A stretch of DNA of 64,000 bases. Source: Candidatus Hydrogenedentota bacterium. GTDB lineage: Bacteria > Hydrogenedentota > Hydrogenedentia > Hydrogenedentales > SLHB01. The notes beneath the pieces were generated by a model. It made no database searches. It was not told the DNA's origin and saw only the letters and a list, made by a program, of their open reading frames with translations. Positions 1 through 8,677 of this stretch are shown one piece after another. The stretch spans positions 367,478 to 431,477 of the forward strand of contig CAVUWV010000001.1 in assembly GCA_963745075.1 (NCBI GenBank), given 5' to 3'. The first letter of the stretch is position 1. Every line of letters begins with the position of its first letter. A program made the translations under genes and the position numbers.

Positions 1-232
1 CGATCGCGTGAGCAATGAGTTCCAGCAGCTCCTCCTGCCGCTTGCCCAAGGAATCGGCAAAAACACCGATGGCGTCAACGTCCTCTGCACCCCCCACGAC
101 GGTCGCCGTTCCCGCCGGCAACGATTCGTCTTTGGCGACGCGCACGACTTCCATGTTGCCGTCGCCCGCATTCTCCGTCAAAAATCCGAATAGCGGCTCA
201 TTCTCGCCCACCACCACGATCCGTTTAAGCAT
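1..232 (-). CDS. 5' part of a protein running off the window edge (possibly an HD-GYP/signalling protein)
   Basis: Not in the ORF track. Manual translation from ATG at 232 gives MLKRIVVVGENEPLFGFLTENAGDG...RQEELLELIAHAI with no stop, preceded by a GAGGAG RBS on the minus strand. Function is a guess. Confidence 0.6.
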   Translation of the reverse strand, partial: MLKRIVVVGENEPLFGFLTENAGDGNMEVVRVAKDESLPAGTATVVGGAEDVDAIGVFADSLGKRQEELLELIAHAI

Positions 233-441
233 GAAACGCTCCTCGCATTCTGTGAATCGACCCCTCAACCGATTACGCAATCGCATCGCCATAGTAGCAA
301 CACCGTCGTCTTGCGGCAAGCGACTCGTCATTCGCAGCCGATTGGTGCGCGTGCACAAGACGCGGTGCCAGGCTGACTTGCCTCTTGTCTCGCACGCGGA
401 ATCTGGTATACTCGTTCGGGGACCGGGAAAAGGAGCATGCC

Positions 442-1401
442 ATGAAACGAGTCGGAATCTGCTTAGCCGTTCTAGGATGCATGATTATGATGGGTTGTCA
501 GCGGTACCAGTCCGGCGCCCCCCATGGCGCCATCGACGTCATCGCCCACCGGGGCGCCAGCGCCTACGCCCCCGAAAACACACTCGCGGCCTTCAAGCTG
601 GCCAAGGAAATGAGTGCGGACTGGTTCGAGCTGGACTGCACGCTGACCCATGACGGTGAAGTGGTGGTCATGCATGATGAAACCGTCGATCGCACGACGA
701 ACGGCAAAGGGTACGTCCGCGACCTGACCCTTTACGACATCAAACAGCTTGACGCCGGTTCGTGGTTCTCGCCGGAGTTCGCCGGAGAACGCGTTCCCAC
801 CCTGGGTCAGGCGCTCGATTTCGCCAAGTGGAACATCGGCGTCTACATCGAGATCAAGGACAGCGCGGACGACACCGCCCTCTTGGCGGCTATCCTCGAC
901 AAGGCCAAGGGCGACAAAGATGCCGGTCATCGGTTTAAGAATGAGATGATCGACATGATCGAGAAGAGCGAGTCGCGCAACCTCGAACTCACGCGCAAGG
1001 TGATCGAAGAAGTGCGGGTCCGCAAGATGCACCGGTACGTCGTCATCCAGTCCTTCTCGCCGATCGTGTGTGCCATCGTCATGAAAGAGGCGCCCGAGAT
1101 GCGCGTCGAATTCCTCGGCGGGTTCAAAGAAGGCGACACCGAGGGCTGGGAGCAGTATCTCCGGCTCGGCTACTTCTTCGACTTTGACGGTTTCAACATG
1201 AATGCCGACGCATTGACCATCGGCCGCCTCGCCGCCTTCCAGGACGCGGACAAGACGGTCGCAGTCTATACCGTCGACGATTTGGAAACCATGAAACGCT
1301 TCGTCGAATGGGGTGTCGACGGCATCATCACCAACAAGCCTGACCTTGCCCGCACCGTGACCGGCACGGTCAACCGCGCCGGCGGTCCGGCGGACCAATA
1401 G
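442..1401 (+). CDS. Glycerophosphodiester phosphodiesterase (GDPD family), probable lipoprotein
   Basis: Motifs IAHRGASAYAPENTLAAF, ELD, HDETVDRTT, IEIK and GVDGIITN. AGGAG RBS before ATG 442; N-terminal hydrophobic stretch ending in GC. Confidence 0.93.
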   Translation: MKRVGICLAVLGCMIMMGCQRYQSGAPHGAIDVIAHRGASAYAPENTLAAFKLAKEMSADWFELDCTLTHDGEVVVMHDETVDRTTNGKGYVRDLTLYDIKQLDAGSWFSPEFAGERVPTLGQALDFAKWNIGVYIEIKDSADDTALLAAILDKAKGDKDAGHRFKNEMIDMIEKSESRNLELTRKVIEEVRVRKMHRYVVIQSFSPIVCAIVMKEAPEMRVEFLGGFKEGDTEGWEQYLRLGYFFDFDGFNMNADALTIGRLAAFQDADKTVAVYTVDDLETMKRFVEWGVDGIITNKPDLARTVTGTVNRAGGPADQ

Positions 1402-1430
1402 ACGGCGGTTCAGAAAGCAAATATCGCAGC

Positions 1431-1454
1431 AGGGCGGGTTCTAGAACCCGCCCT
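1431..1454. terminator. Perfect palindrome, probable intrinsic terminator between convergent genes
   Basis: AGGGCGGGTTCTAGAACCCGCCCT followed by TCTTGTT. Confidence 0.7.
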
Positions 1455-1544
1455 TCTTGTTGATGCGGCTTGGACACGGCAGTCTGCTCCGCTGGTCTTG
1501 CTGGGCCGGAACACACCGTGCACGGCTCCTCCGCAGGCTTCCGT

Positions 1545-2327
1545 TCAACTGAGCAGATATTTGGTCAGGTGGTCCCACGCGTTCGTCTGCGCCACACGCA
1601 TGATGAGGAAACTCCAGACGACAAGTACGGCGTATCCCGTGGCGTAGTATCGGTCCCAGGACCGCGTCAGCAACCGCTTGACGACAAGGAACACCAATCC
1701 CAAAACCAGCACGCCAAAGAACGGACCGAACAGGGCGCCGCACAGGGTGCCCGCGTAGAGGTTTCTAATCGCTTCGACGCGGTCCGTGGCGGCGGGGATG
1801 GCAGCCATGGTGGCCAACAGCATCATGGGGCGATGGATCTTCACCCGCTTTCGGTTCCACACGCCGACGAAGACGAAAGCGCCGAAAAGCAGGATGCTGA
1901 AGAGCGGGACCGCCAGAAAACGGTTGGGTTCGAGATTCCACAGTTTGAGGTCCGGCGGGTTGACGCTCGCCGCCGCAAAGGCCACTTTGAGGCCCGCCAG
2001 CACGATGCCGGCCGCGAGCACCGCCCCAACACGGCCGGCCATCATATGAACGCGCCGGTTCCCGGTGACCACCAGGAGCGGCTGGGCCAGGAACAACAGC
2101 ATCCAAGCCGTCATCGCGATCCCGTGGAGGATCAGCCAGATTCGAATGGGCGGAGTGAGTTCCCGATGGGGGAATGCCTTGCCGTGCAGATAAAACTGCT
2201 GGAAACCCAGGAACATGATCGTCAGGAGCAGCAAGGCCGCTCCCGTGTAAAAGTAACGTCCGAAATCGATCTTTGCATGCGTCTTCGGTTGGGGTTCGTC
2301 CAATGATAAGGTCTGGCTCGTGCCCAT
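1545..2327 (-). CDS. Conserved-type multi-pass membrane protein, function unknown
   Basis: About 7 hydrophobic segments with His residues at helix ends (LHG, RVH, KIHRPMMLLAT); GAGG RBS upstream. Confidence 0.75.
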   Translation of the reverse strand: MGTSQTLSLDEPQPKTHAKIDFGRYFYTGAALLLLTIMFLGFQQFYLHGKAFPHRELTPPIRIWLILHGIAMTAWMLLFLAQPLLVVTGNRRVHMMAGRVGAVLAAGIVLAGLKVAFAAASVNPPDLKLWNLEPNRFLAVPLFSILLFGAFVFVGVWNRKRVKIHRPMMLLATMAAIPAATDRVEAIRNLYAGTLCGALFGPFFGVLVLGLVFLVVKRLLTRSWDRYYATGYAVLVVWSFLIMRVAQTNAWDHLTKYLLS

Positions 2328-2505
2328 GATTTGACAGTTCCTCTTTGTTTGAATGTGGCGCTCAACGCGCTCGATCCCCGGACCGGATCGGGGATCGATT
2401 CACCAGAAGCGCAGATAGTACTCCAAGTCATTTGAGAAAAGGTAGCGGAATCTCAAGCGTTTCGTCCGTCTCGTCCCTGCCATCCCCGTCCCTGCTGCCC
2501 CTGCT

Positions 2506-2535
2506 GTCCGTGTAGGTCCGTGTAGGTCCGTGTAG
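2506..2535 (+). repeat. Tandem 10-mer (GTCCGTGTAG)x3, preceded by GTCCCTGC-type units
   Basis: Read directly. The same unit recurs at 4214-4263 and inverted near 56630-56680. Confidence 0.9.
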
Positions 2536-2612
2536 GTCAAGTCCGCGTTCCATTGTTTCATTTCCCTCCGCACTGCAACGCCCCGGCCTATCTTTATAAG
2601 GAGATTTCCGCC

Positions 2613-4195
2613 ATGACAAACCACCCCAAACGCCCCCGCCCTCAAAAACGAACGAATCTCGGCACCCCCTGCGCCCGCACCTGGACCAACGACTGGATCG
2701 CCACCGTCAACGCCAAAGAAGCCGGAACTCAACCACCGAATCTGCGGCGCCCGCCTCCCCGACGCCACGCCCGTTGCACCAATGCTTCCGACCACCCCTC
2801 CGGCCGCTGCCCATTCCACGGCGGATTCGACCTCACCGGCGCACCCCCCGGCAACCGCAACCACGTAATCCACGGCCTCTACTCCCGCCGCCTGAGACCC
2901 TGCACCCCCAACTGCCCCCACTGGGAAAATTGCCCCCTCGCCAACCGTCATCCTCATCCTCTCGAACGCGGGGAACACGGGGACCCATCTTCTCTCCAGC
3001 CTTCTACAAATCCACAATCGGAAGACCCATCTTCGCAATCCCAAACGTCCGATCCGACCGATCGGTGCGATCCGTCCCATTCTTCCCAACCCCCAAACCC
3101 CACACCCCCGCAACAGGATCGTCATCCTCGCGACAGCGGGGACCCATCTTCCCAATCCGATCCGTCCAATTCTTCCGATCCGTCCTATAGGTCCCATACG
3201 TCCTATAGGTCCTATCCCCCCAACGCCACGCCGACGCAATCACCGCCCACCTGCCCCTACCAACTCGCCGAATACAACACCGTCCTCACCGACGCCCTTG
3301 CCGTCGTCGAATCCCAGCCCCACCCCAACCCCATGGGCATCCACGCCGCCCACAACGTCGCCATGCTCCAAGTCCTCGTCAACGCCGCCACCGCCCACTT
3401 AGCGCAAGCCCCAAACCTCGGGTCTTCCTCTGAAGCATGGCCTTCCCCCCCTGGGCACGGGCGTCCCGCCCGTGTTCTTCCTCTTCATCCGCGACATGGG
3501 CTTCAAGCCCATGTCCTCCCGAAAACCTTAACCCCAACACCATCCTCGCCTTCACCCGCCTCATGCGCGAGTACCGCCACACACTAAAACTTCTCCAAAC
3601 ACCGGGGTACACCCCCTTGAACCGTCACAATTCCGCGGGTGCACCCCCCTCCCCCGACGGCATCCTCCGCCACGTCCAACGCACCCAACACGACACCGGT
3701 CTCGACCCCGATTCCATCGCCGCCGCTCAACTCGAGCCCCAAACCCCCGAGACCCACGCCAAAGCCTACATCCAACGCGCCGCCCTCGCCGGAGGACAAG
3801 GTCGCGACGTGGAAATGTGCGAAGCCTTCGATAACGCCGCCCTCATCGACGAACCCTACGCCGAATCCGAACGCGATCACGTCCTGGCCAGCTACCGCCC
3901 CGCAAAACAATCCGTCTCCCAAGAACTCGCCGAACTCATCCTCGGCAACCTTCATCTGCCGCCCCGACCCACAACCCACGAACAGAACCCCGACACAACC
4001 AAGCCCAACACCGACCACCCAACAAACGAAGAATCCGACGATGTGCTCCAACACTTCCTCGACCTCATAAGAGAAGGGAAAATGCCCCCCGAAGCCTTCC
4101 CCATCGGCTCCCCCCTCCGAGCCCACGTTGAAGCCATCTACACCGGCCCACCCACCACCACAACCAAGCCCACCGGCGAAGCCGGCTCCGAGTAG
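2613..4195 (+). pseudogene. HGGxSTG-motif protein (terminase small subunit-like), frameshifted and interrupted by repeats
   Basis: AAGGAG RBS; motif GRCPFHGG..TGAPPGNRNHVIHGLYSRR. ICGARLPDATP lies in the +1 frame at 2725-2772. The frame changes near a C7 run at ~3445-3451 into ORF 3437..4195. May be intact if these indels are sequencing errors. Confidence 0.7.
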
Positions 4196-4213
4196 TCCTT
4201 ATCCGTCCATATC

Positions 4214-4263
4214 GTCCGTGTAAGTCCGTGTAAGTCCGTGTAAGTCCGTGTAAGTCCGTGTAG
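4214..4263 (+). repeat. Tandem 10-mer (GTCCGTGTAA)x5, last unit ending in G
   Basis: Read directly. Confidence 0.92.
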
Positions 4264-4269
4264 CCCAGT

Positions 4270-4344
4270 TGTAGCGCAGGCGTCCCCGCCTGCAATTCCT
4301 GAGACAGAACCCCAAAGAATGCAGGCGGGGACGCCTGCGCTACA
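4270..4344. repeat. Inverted pair of GTAG-type REP-like palindromes (REP doublet)
   Basis: TGTAGCGCAGGCGTCCCCGCCTGCA ... TGCAGGCGGGGACGCCTGCGCTACA; perfect inverted arms. Confidence 0.85.
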
Positions 4345-4377
4345 TCCGCCGCTCAACCCCGGAGTGAACCCCCAAAA

Positions 4378-6013
4378 ATGCTGCGCACCCCCAACCACCT
4401 ATCGTCCTCCCCCTACTACCCACCAAAGCTCAATAACGCAAGCAGGCTTGCCTCGCCGAAGCTGACAAGCGAAGGCGGGTCCATGTGTCCGTCCATCCCA
4501 TCCCGCACCCGCTTCGCCCGCCACTACCTCCGCGACCGCCACGGTTCCCCCTGGGCGCCTTGGCCGTATCAGTCTTTGTCCTTGGAATCCCTCGCACCTC
4601 GGAAGGTGCATTGCGATGGGCGGGATGTGGGGAAAACGTCGGAGATCGAGATCGTGGCGGCGTGGGCGTCGGTGATGCGGCCGAATTCGCAGATGTTGAT
4701 TGCGACGCAGTGTGAGAATCATTTGTTTCCGTTGATGGACCGGATCGTGCGGGTGTTTGAAAGCGATTCATGGAAAGAGGGACAGACCGGTCTCGACGGA
4801 ATGAAAGAGGGCAATGAAAGAGGGACATGGGCGTGGAAAAGAGGGACAGACACGTCTCGCTTCGCTCGCTTGCGTCAGTCCCTCTTTTCCGGTCGCTGGG
4901 GTCAGTCCCTTGGTGGAGGTGAAGCGGACGCCGTCGTGGTGTTTGCGGTTTGCGAACGGGTTTGTGTTGTGGGGGCGGATTGCGGGGCCGCACGGGATGA
5001 ATTTCCAGGGGCTGCACGTGGATTGGCAGATTGTCGACGAGGCGCAGGAGATGACGGATGCGGCGTGGGAGGAGATGTTTCAGGCGTTGAACGCCGGCGG
5101 GTGGCGCTGGGTGTATGGGGTGCCGAACGGGTTGCGGAACACGTTTCACCGGATGACGACGGACCCGGACGCGGAGCAGTACAACTGGCCGTCGTCGTCG
5201 AATCCGGCGTGGTCGGCGGAGAAGGAGGCGGAGTTGGCGCGGCTGTATGGCGGCAAGGATTCGCCGGGGTACATCCATCGGGTGCTGGGGCAACACGGTT
5301 CGCCGGCGTATGCGGTGTTCGATCTGAATGCGTATCTCGCGTGTGTGGACGGGGGGCTGGAGTGGTTCGAGGCGTCGCTGGGGGAGGACGATCCCTTCGA
5401 GGCACCGTCGGGCGTGGCGAAGGGCACCCATTATCTGGGCTGCGACCTGGGGTACGTGCGCGATCCGTCGGAGTTTGTGATCTACCGGAGTGCGCCGCCG
5501 GATTTGGTGAACGTGGGGCGGGTACACTTGCACGGGGTCAATTATCATCGGCAGCAGGGCATCATCGAGGAGTTGGATCGCGCGTATGACTTCCGGGCGA
5601 TCGGCATCGATGCGGGGAACAACGGGAGCGCGGTGGCGCATAACCTGAAGAACATCGACGTGGACTGGCATGAGAAGGTCATGGCGTTCGAGTTCGGGGG
5701 CGTATGCGAAGCGGGGTCGTTTCCGGACGGGTCGCCGGACCGGCGTCCGACGAAGCTGTTCATGACGGAGCTGTTGCAGCGGCGGATGGCGGACCGGACG
5801 ATTGTGTTTCCGCCGCCGGCGGATCGGGAGTCGCAGTACGCGGGGCACACGTATACCGCCGGGATGCGGGGGCAGGTCCTGTTCGACAAGGGGAACGACC
5901 ACATTATCGACGCGGATCGGTGCGCGGTGCTGGCGCATTACCTCGACACGCAGGAGGTGGGGGCGCAGAACGTCGGTGGGTACTATCCCCGTCTCCGGTT
6001 GGAGGCGTTTTAG
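4378..6013 (+). pseudogene. Phage terminase large subunit-like protein (ATPase plus RNase H-like nuclease), one frameshift
   Basis: Q motif WPYQ, Walker A GRDVGKT, Walker B WQIVDEAQ, coupling region GVPNG, nuclease acidic motifs LGCDLG, GIDAGNNG and DHIIDA. Split between ORFs 4378..5589 and 4814..6013 by a 13-nt duplication at 4801-4826. Start may be ATG 4483. Confidence 0.85.
4771..4910. repeat. GAAAGAGGGACAGAC-type repeat/hairpin cluster inside the terminase gene
   Basis: Four AAAGAGGG(AC) units, plus an inverted pair GGAAAAGAGGGACAGAC...GTCAGTCCCTCTTTTCC. Confidence 0.75.
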
Positions 6014-6043
6014 TGTTGCAAGTTGGCGAATCCCTTACAATTC

Positions 6044-6108
6044 AATCGAAATCGAAATCGAAATCGAATTGCAAAGGCAACGTGTCTGCGATTTCGATCC
6101 CGATTTCG
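6044..6108. repeat. (AATCGA)x4 hexamer array with an inverted CGATTT-type partner
   Basis: Read directly, in the convergent gap between the terminase and the TA pair. Confidence 0.8.
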
Positions 6109-6156
6109 GCAGCGGCGAGACTGGCATGCTGCGCAGTCAGGAGCGCGCGGCGCAAC

Positions 6157-6402
6157 TTACGTATCGGACGTGACATTTTCGCGCCAGCGCGCTTCAATCG
6201 TGTCAGCGGAAAGATCGGCCCCGCACCGCCACTCGACATAGTAGCTCCCGTTGCGAACCTGGGAAAACTCGACCCAGTTTCGCAACGGCACAAAGGCCGG
6301 CGATTCGAAATACGGGCGAACATCGAAGATGCCGGAGCGGCCGTCTTCGGCGACCACATGCAGCGTGCCGTTTTCCTGTGGAGTGACCGTTGCGATTCTC
6401 AC
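6157..6402 (-). CDS. DUF2442-family protein (putative antitoxin)
   Basis: GTG start overlaps the upstream TGA (GTGA). Motifs DG.SGIFDV.PY and VEWRCGADLSADTI. Confidence 0.8.
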   Translation of the reverse strand: MRIATVTPQENGTLHVVAEDGRSGIFDVRPYFESPAFVPLRNWVEFSQVRNGSYYVEWRCGADLSADTIEARWRENVTSDT

Positions 6403-6671
6403 TGATCCAATCCTCGAATAGGCAAGGGATTCTGGCCGTTTACAGCCAGTTCCCAATCCGCCATCAAGTCTTCCTGATGAATCTCGATCCAGGCGACCAC
6501 CAGTTTATGCTTCTTCGGCGGCAGACTACCTGCCAACACGCTTCCGTCCGCAATCGAATACACGGCGACCTCGCCCTGATAGTCCGCATGAATGTGTGGC
6601 AAGTGATGTCTGTCTGTGTCGTGAAAGAACATTCGGATCAAAATGCCGTAGAACATCGATATCGTAGGCAT
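6399..6671 (-). CDS. DUF4160-family protein (putative toxin)
   Basis: MPTISMFYGILIRMFF..D.HHLPHIHA.Y and LVVAWIEIHQEDLMADW; AGGAG RBS. Confidence 0.88.
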   Translation of the reverse strand: MPTISMFYGILIRMFFHDTDRHHLPHIHADYQGEVAVYSIADGSVLAGSLPPKKHKLVVAWIEIHQEDLMADWELAVNGQNPLPIRGLDQ

Positions 6672-6848
6672 GCGACCTGCTCCTGTTTCTCACGGCGCCC
6701 AGAGATGACCGATGTATCCAGTTTTCTCGGAGCAACGGCCATCCATAGCTTACGCAGTCATTATTCCACGTCAATCGCGCCCCGGTCTACCTCGTCCGTG
6801 GTAGTTTCCACGGGGGCCGCCTCCCCTACTTGCGCCGCCGTCTCGCCG

Positions 6849-7775
6849 CTACCCTTTCAGCGCGCCGACGGTGATGCCGCGGGTGAGTTGCCGCTGCAAG
6901 AGGATGTACACGAAGAGCGTGGGGAGCAACACGATGACCAGTCCCGCGAACATCAACCCGAAATCGGTCTTGTACTGGGCCTGAATGCTGACCGCGGCCA
7001 GACCGAGCGGCAGGGTCTTGTGGGAGTCCGAGTTCACGAAGACGAGGGCGAAGAGGTATTCGTTCCAGATGCCGAGGAAGTTGAAGATGGCGGCGGTAAC
7101 CAAACCGGGTTTTGCGAGCGGGAGCATGATGTGGCGGAACACGCTGTACTCCGAGCAGCCGTCGATGATGCCCGCTTCGCGCAGGGTGCCGGGGAGGGAT
7201 TTGAAGAAGCCGGTCAACACGAGAATCGTAAACGGAAGACTGAGGGCGACGTAGATCGTGATGAGCCCCGTGAAGGTATCGTGCAGGTGCATCTCGTATC
7301 CCAGGGGCGACAACAGCGCGGTGCCCCATCGCGATAACGCGGTGAATTGAAAAAAGAGGGGGATGAGCACGAGTTGCGCGGGGATCATCAGGCCGCTGAC
7401 GAAGTAGAGGAAGAGCAGCCGGCTTCCGCGGAATGGGAATTTGGCGAGTACGTAGGCCGCCATCGCGGACACGCCGAGGATCCCCAACAAGGAGATCGAT
7501 GTGACCAGGATGCTGTTGAAGAAGAACCGGCTGAACTTCGATTTCACCCAGGCCTTCTGGTAGTTGGACACCACGGCCTGCGCCGGCGTTTCCACATCCG
7601 GGTTGTCGGCATAAGGGGAACCGGTAACCAACCAGGGAATGCCAAAGGGGTCTTCGACGAACTCTTTGGAACTGCGGGCCGAACTTGCAACGACCCACAG
7701 CAAGGGCATCACCACGGCCAGCAACCAGACGACCAGGATGAAATAGAGCGCTATGCGTCCCAATGCCGAAATCAT
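6849..7775 (-). CDS. Carbohydrate ABC transporter permease (MalG-type)
   Basis: EAA loop LREAGIIDGCS, WNEYLFAL, KTLPLGL, C-terminal GITVGALKG. ATG 7775 overlaps the upstream stop. Confidence 0.93.
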   Translation of the reverse strand: MISALGRIALYFILVVWLLAVVMPLLWVVASSARSSKEFVEDPFGIPWLVTGSPYADNPDVETPAQAVVSNYQKAWVKSKFSRFFFNSILVTSISLLGILGVSAMAAYVLAKFPFRGSRLLFLYFVSGLMIPAQLVLIPLFFQFTALSRWGTALLSPLGYEMHLHDTFTGLITIYVALSLPFTILVLTGFFKSLPGTLREAGIIDGCSEYSVFRHIMLPLAKPGLVTAAIFNFLGIWNEYLFALVFVNSDSHKTLPLGLAAVSIQAQYKTDFGLMFAGLVIVLLPTLFVYILLQRQLTRGITVGALKG

Positions 7776-8677
7776 CAGTATTCCAAGGCCTCCCTCCGGG
7801 AAAACCGCAACGTTACCAGTGTTGCCAGAAACACGAGGACAAACAGCATGACCGCCACGGCGGACCCGTAGCCGACGTTGTATTCGCTGAACACCTTTTG
7901 GTAGAGCAGCGTCGCCATGACGTGGGTCTCGCGCGAGGGCCATTCGTTGTCCATGATCCACACGGCCTCGAACAGTTTGAGACTCGTGATAACGAGAAAG
8001 ACGATGCCGACGACGAGCACTTCGCGGATCAGGGGCAGGGTGATATGCCAAAACTGACGAAACGGGGAGGCGCCTTCCAATTCCGCGACTTCGTAGAAGG
8101 ACTCCGGGATTCCTTCCATGGCGGCCAGAAACAACACCATGTAGAAGCCGGTCATGGTCCATACCAACATCGGCACGATGGAATAGATGAGGTACTGCTT
8201 GCCCGTGAAGGGGAAGGGGAGATCGAGGGTGGGCCAGTGAAAATGGGCCTGCAACCACGCGAGAAATCCGTTCACGACGCCGAATTCCGTGGTGCTGTAC
8301 AGGAGGACCCAAAGCAGCGCGATGGCAACCGATGCAATGACGTTGGGGAAGAAAAACGCGACGCGGAAGATGGCAGCCCCGCGAACGCGCCGATGCAGGA
8401 CCGATGCGAAGAACAGCGAAAGCACCAGGACCATGCTGCCGGCGGTGACGGTCAAAAACACGTTGTGCCCGAGAGCCAGCCGGAACAACCCGTCATCCGT
8501 GAACAATGCGCGGAAATTCGCCAATCCGACCCATTTGGGCGTCGAGAGGCCGTCCCATTTTTCGAGGCTGTACAGCAGCGCCCGCACGCCGGGGATCGCC
8601 ACGAATCCAGTGAACAGCAGAAACGCCGGTGTCAGAAACGTGAGGATGAAGACCGTCTGTTCCCGCGTGCGTTTCAC
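7775..8677 (-). CDS. Carbohydrate ABC transporter permease (MalF-type)
   Basis: WVGLANF and the EAA loop YEVAELEGASPFRQFWHITLPL. Confidence 0.93.
   Translation of the reverse strand: MKRTREQTVFILTFLTPAFLLFTGFVAIPGVRALLYSLEKWDGLSTPKWVGLANFRALFTDDGLFRLALGHNVFLTVTAGSMVLVLSLFFASVLHRRVRGAAIFRVAFFFPNVIASVAIALLWVLLYSTTEFGVVNGFLAWLQAHFHWPTLDLPFPFTGKQYLIYSIVPMLVWTMTGFYMVLFLAAMEGIPESFYEVAELEGASPFRQFWHITLPLIREVLVVGIVFLVITSLKLFEAVWIMDNEWPSRETHVMATLLYQKVFSEYNVGYGSAVAVMLFVLVFLATLVTLRFSRREALEY

Noticed and set aside
2400..3239. Minus-strand ORF with GRIGRI repeats
   Set aside because: It is the antisense translation of the 9-mer DNA repeats; the + strand has the RBS and the HGGxSTG motif.
4214..4263. Possible CRISPR array
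   Set aside because: Units are head-to-tail 10-mers with no unique spacers, and there are no cas genes in the window.
4500..4650. Chromosomal oriC at the skew flip
   Set aside because: The flip lies inside a coding sequence; no dnaA/dnaN, DnaA-box cluster or AT-rich unwinding element seen.
4430..5938. Long antisense ORF (502 aa), and similar shadow ORFs such as 472..1398, 18282..19652 and 47340..48866
   Set aside because: They lie opposite well-supported genes and have no motifs; such ORFs are expected in GC-rich DNA.
2553..6013. Diversity-generating retroelement or retron as the cause of the variability
   Set aside because: No reverse transcriptase and no template/variable repeat pair differing at adenines were seen.
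2613..6671. Intact prophage
   Set aside because: No integrase, portal, capsid, tail or lysis genes recognised, and the flanks are ordinary host genes.
7776..8312. N-terminal extension of the 487-aa permease ORF
   Set aside because: It overlaps the upstream permease in another frame; the coupled ATG at 7775 is the better start.
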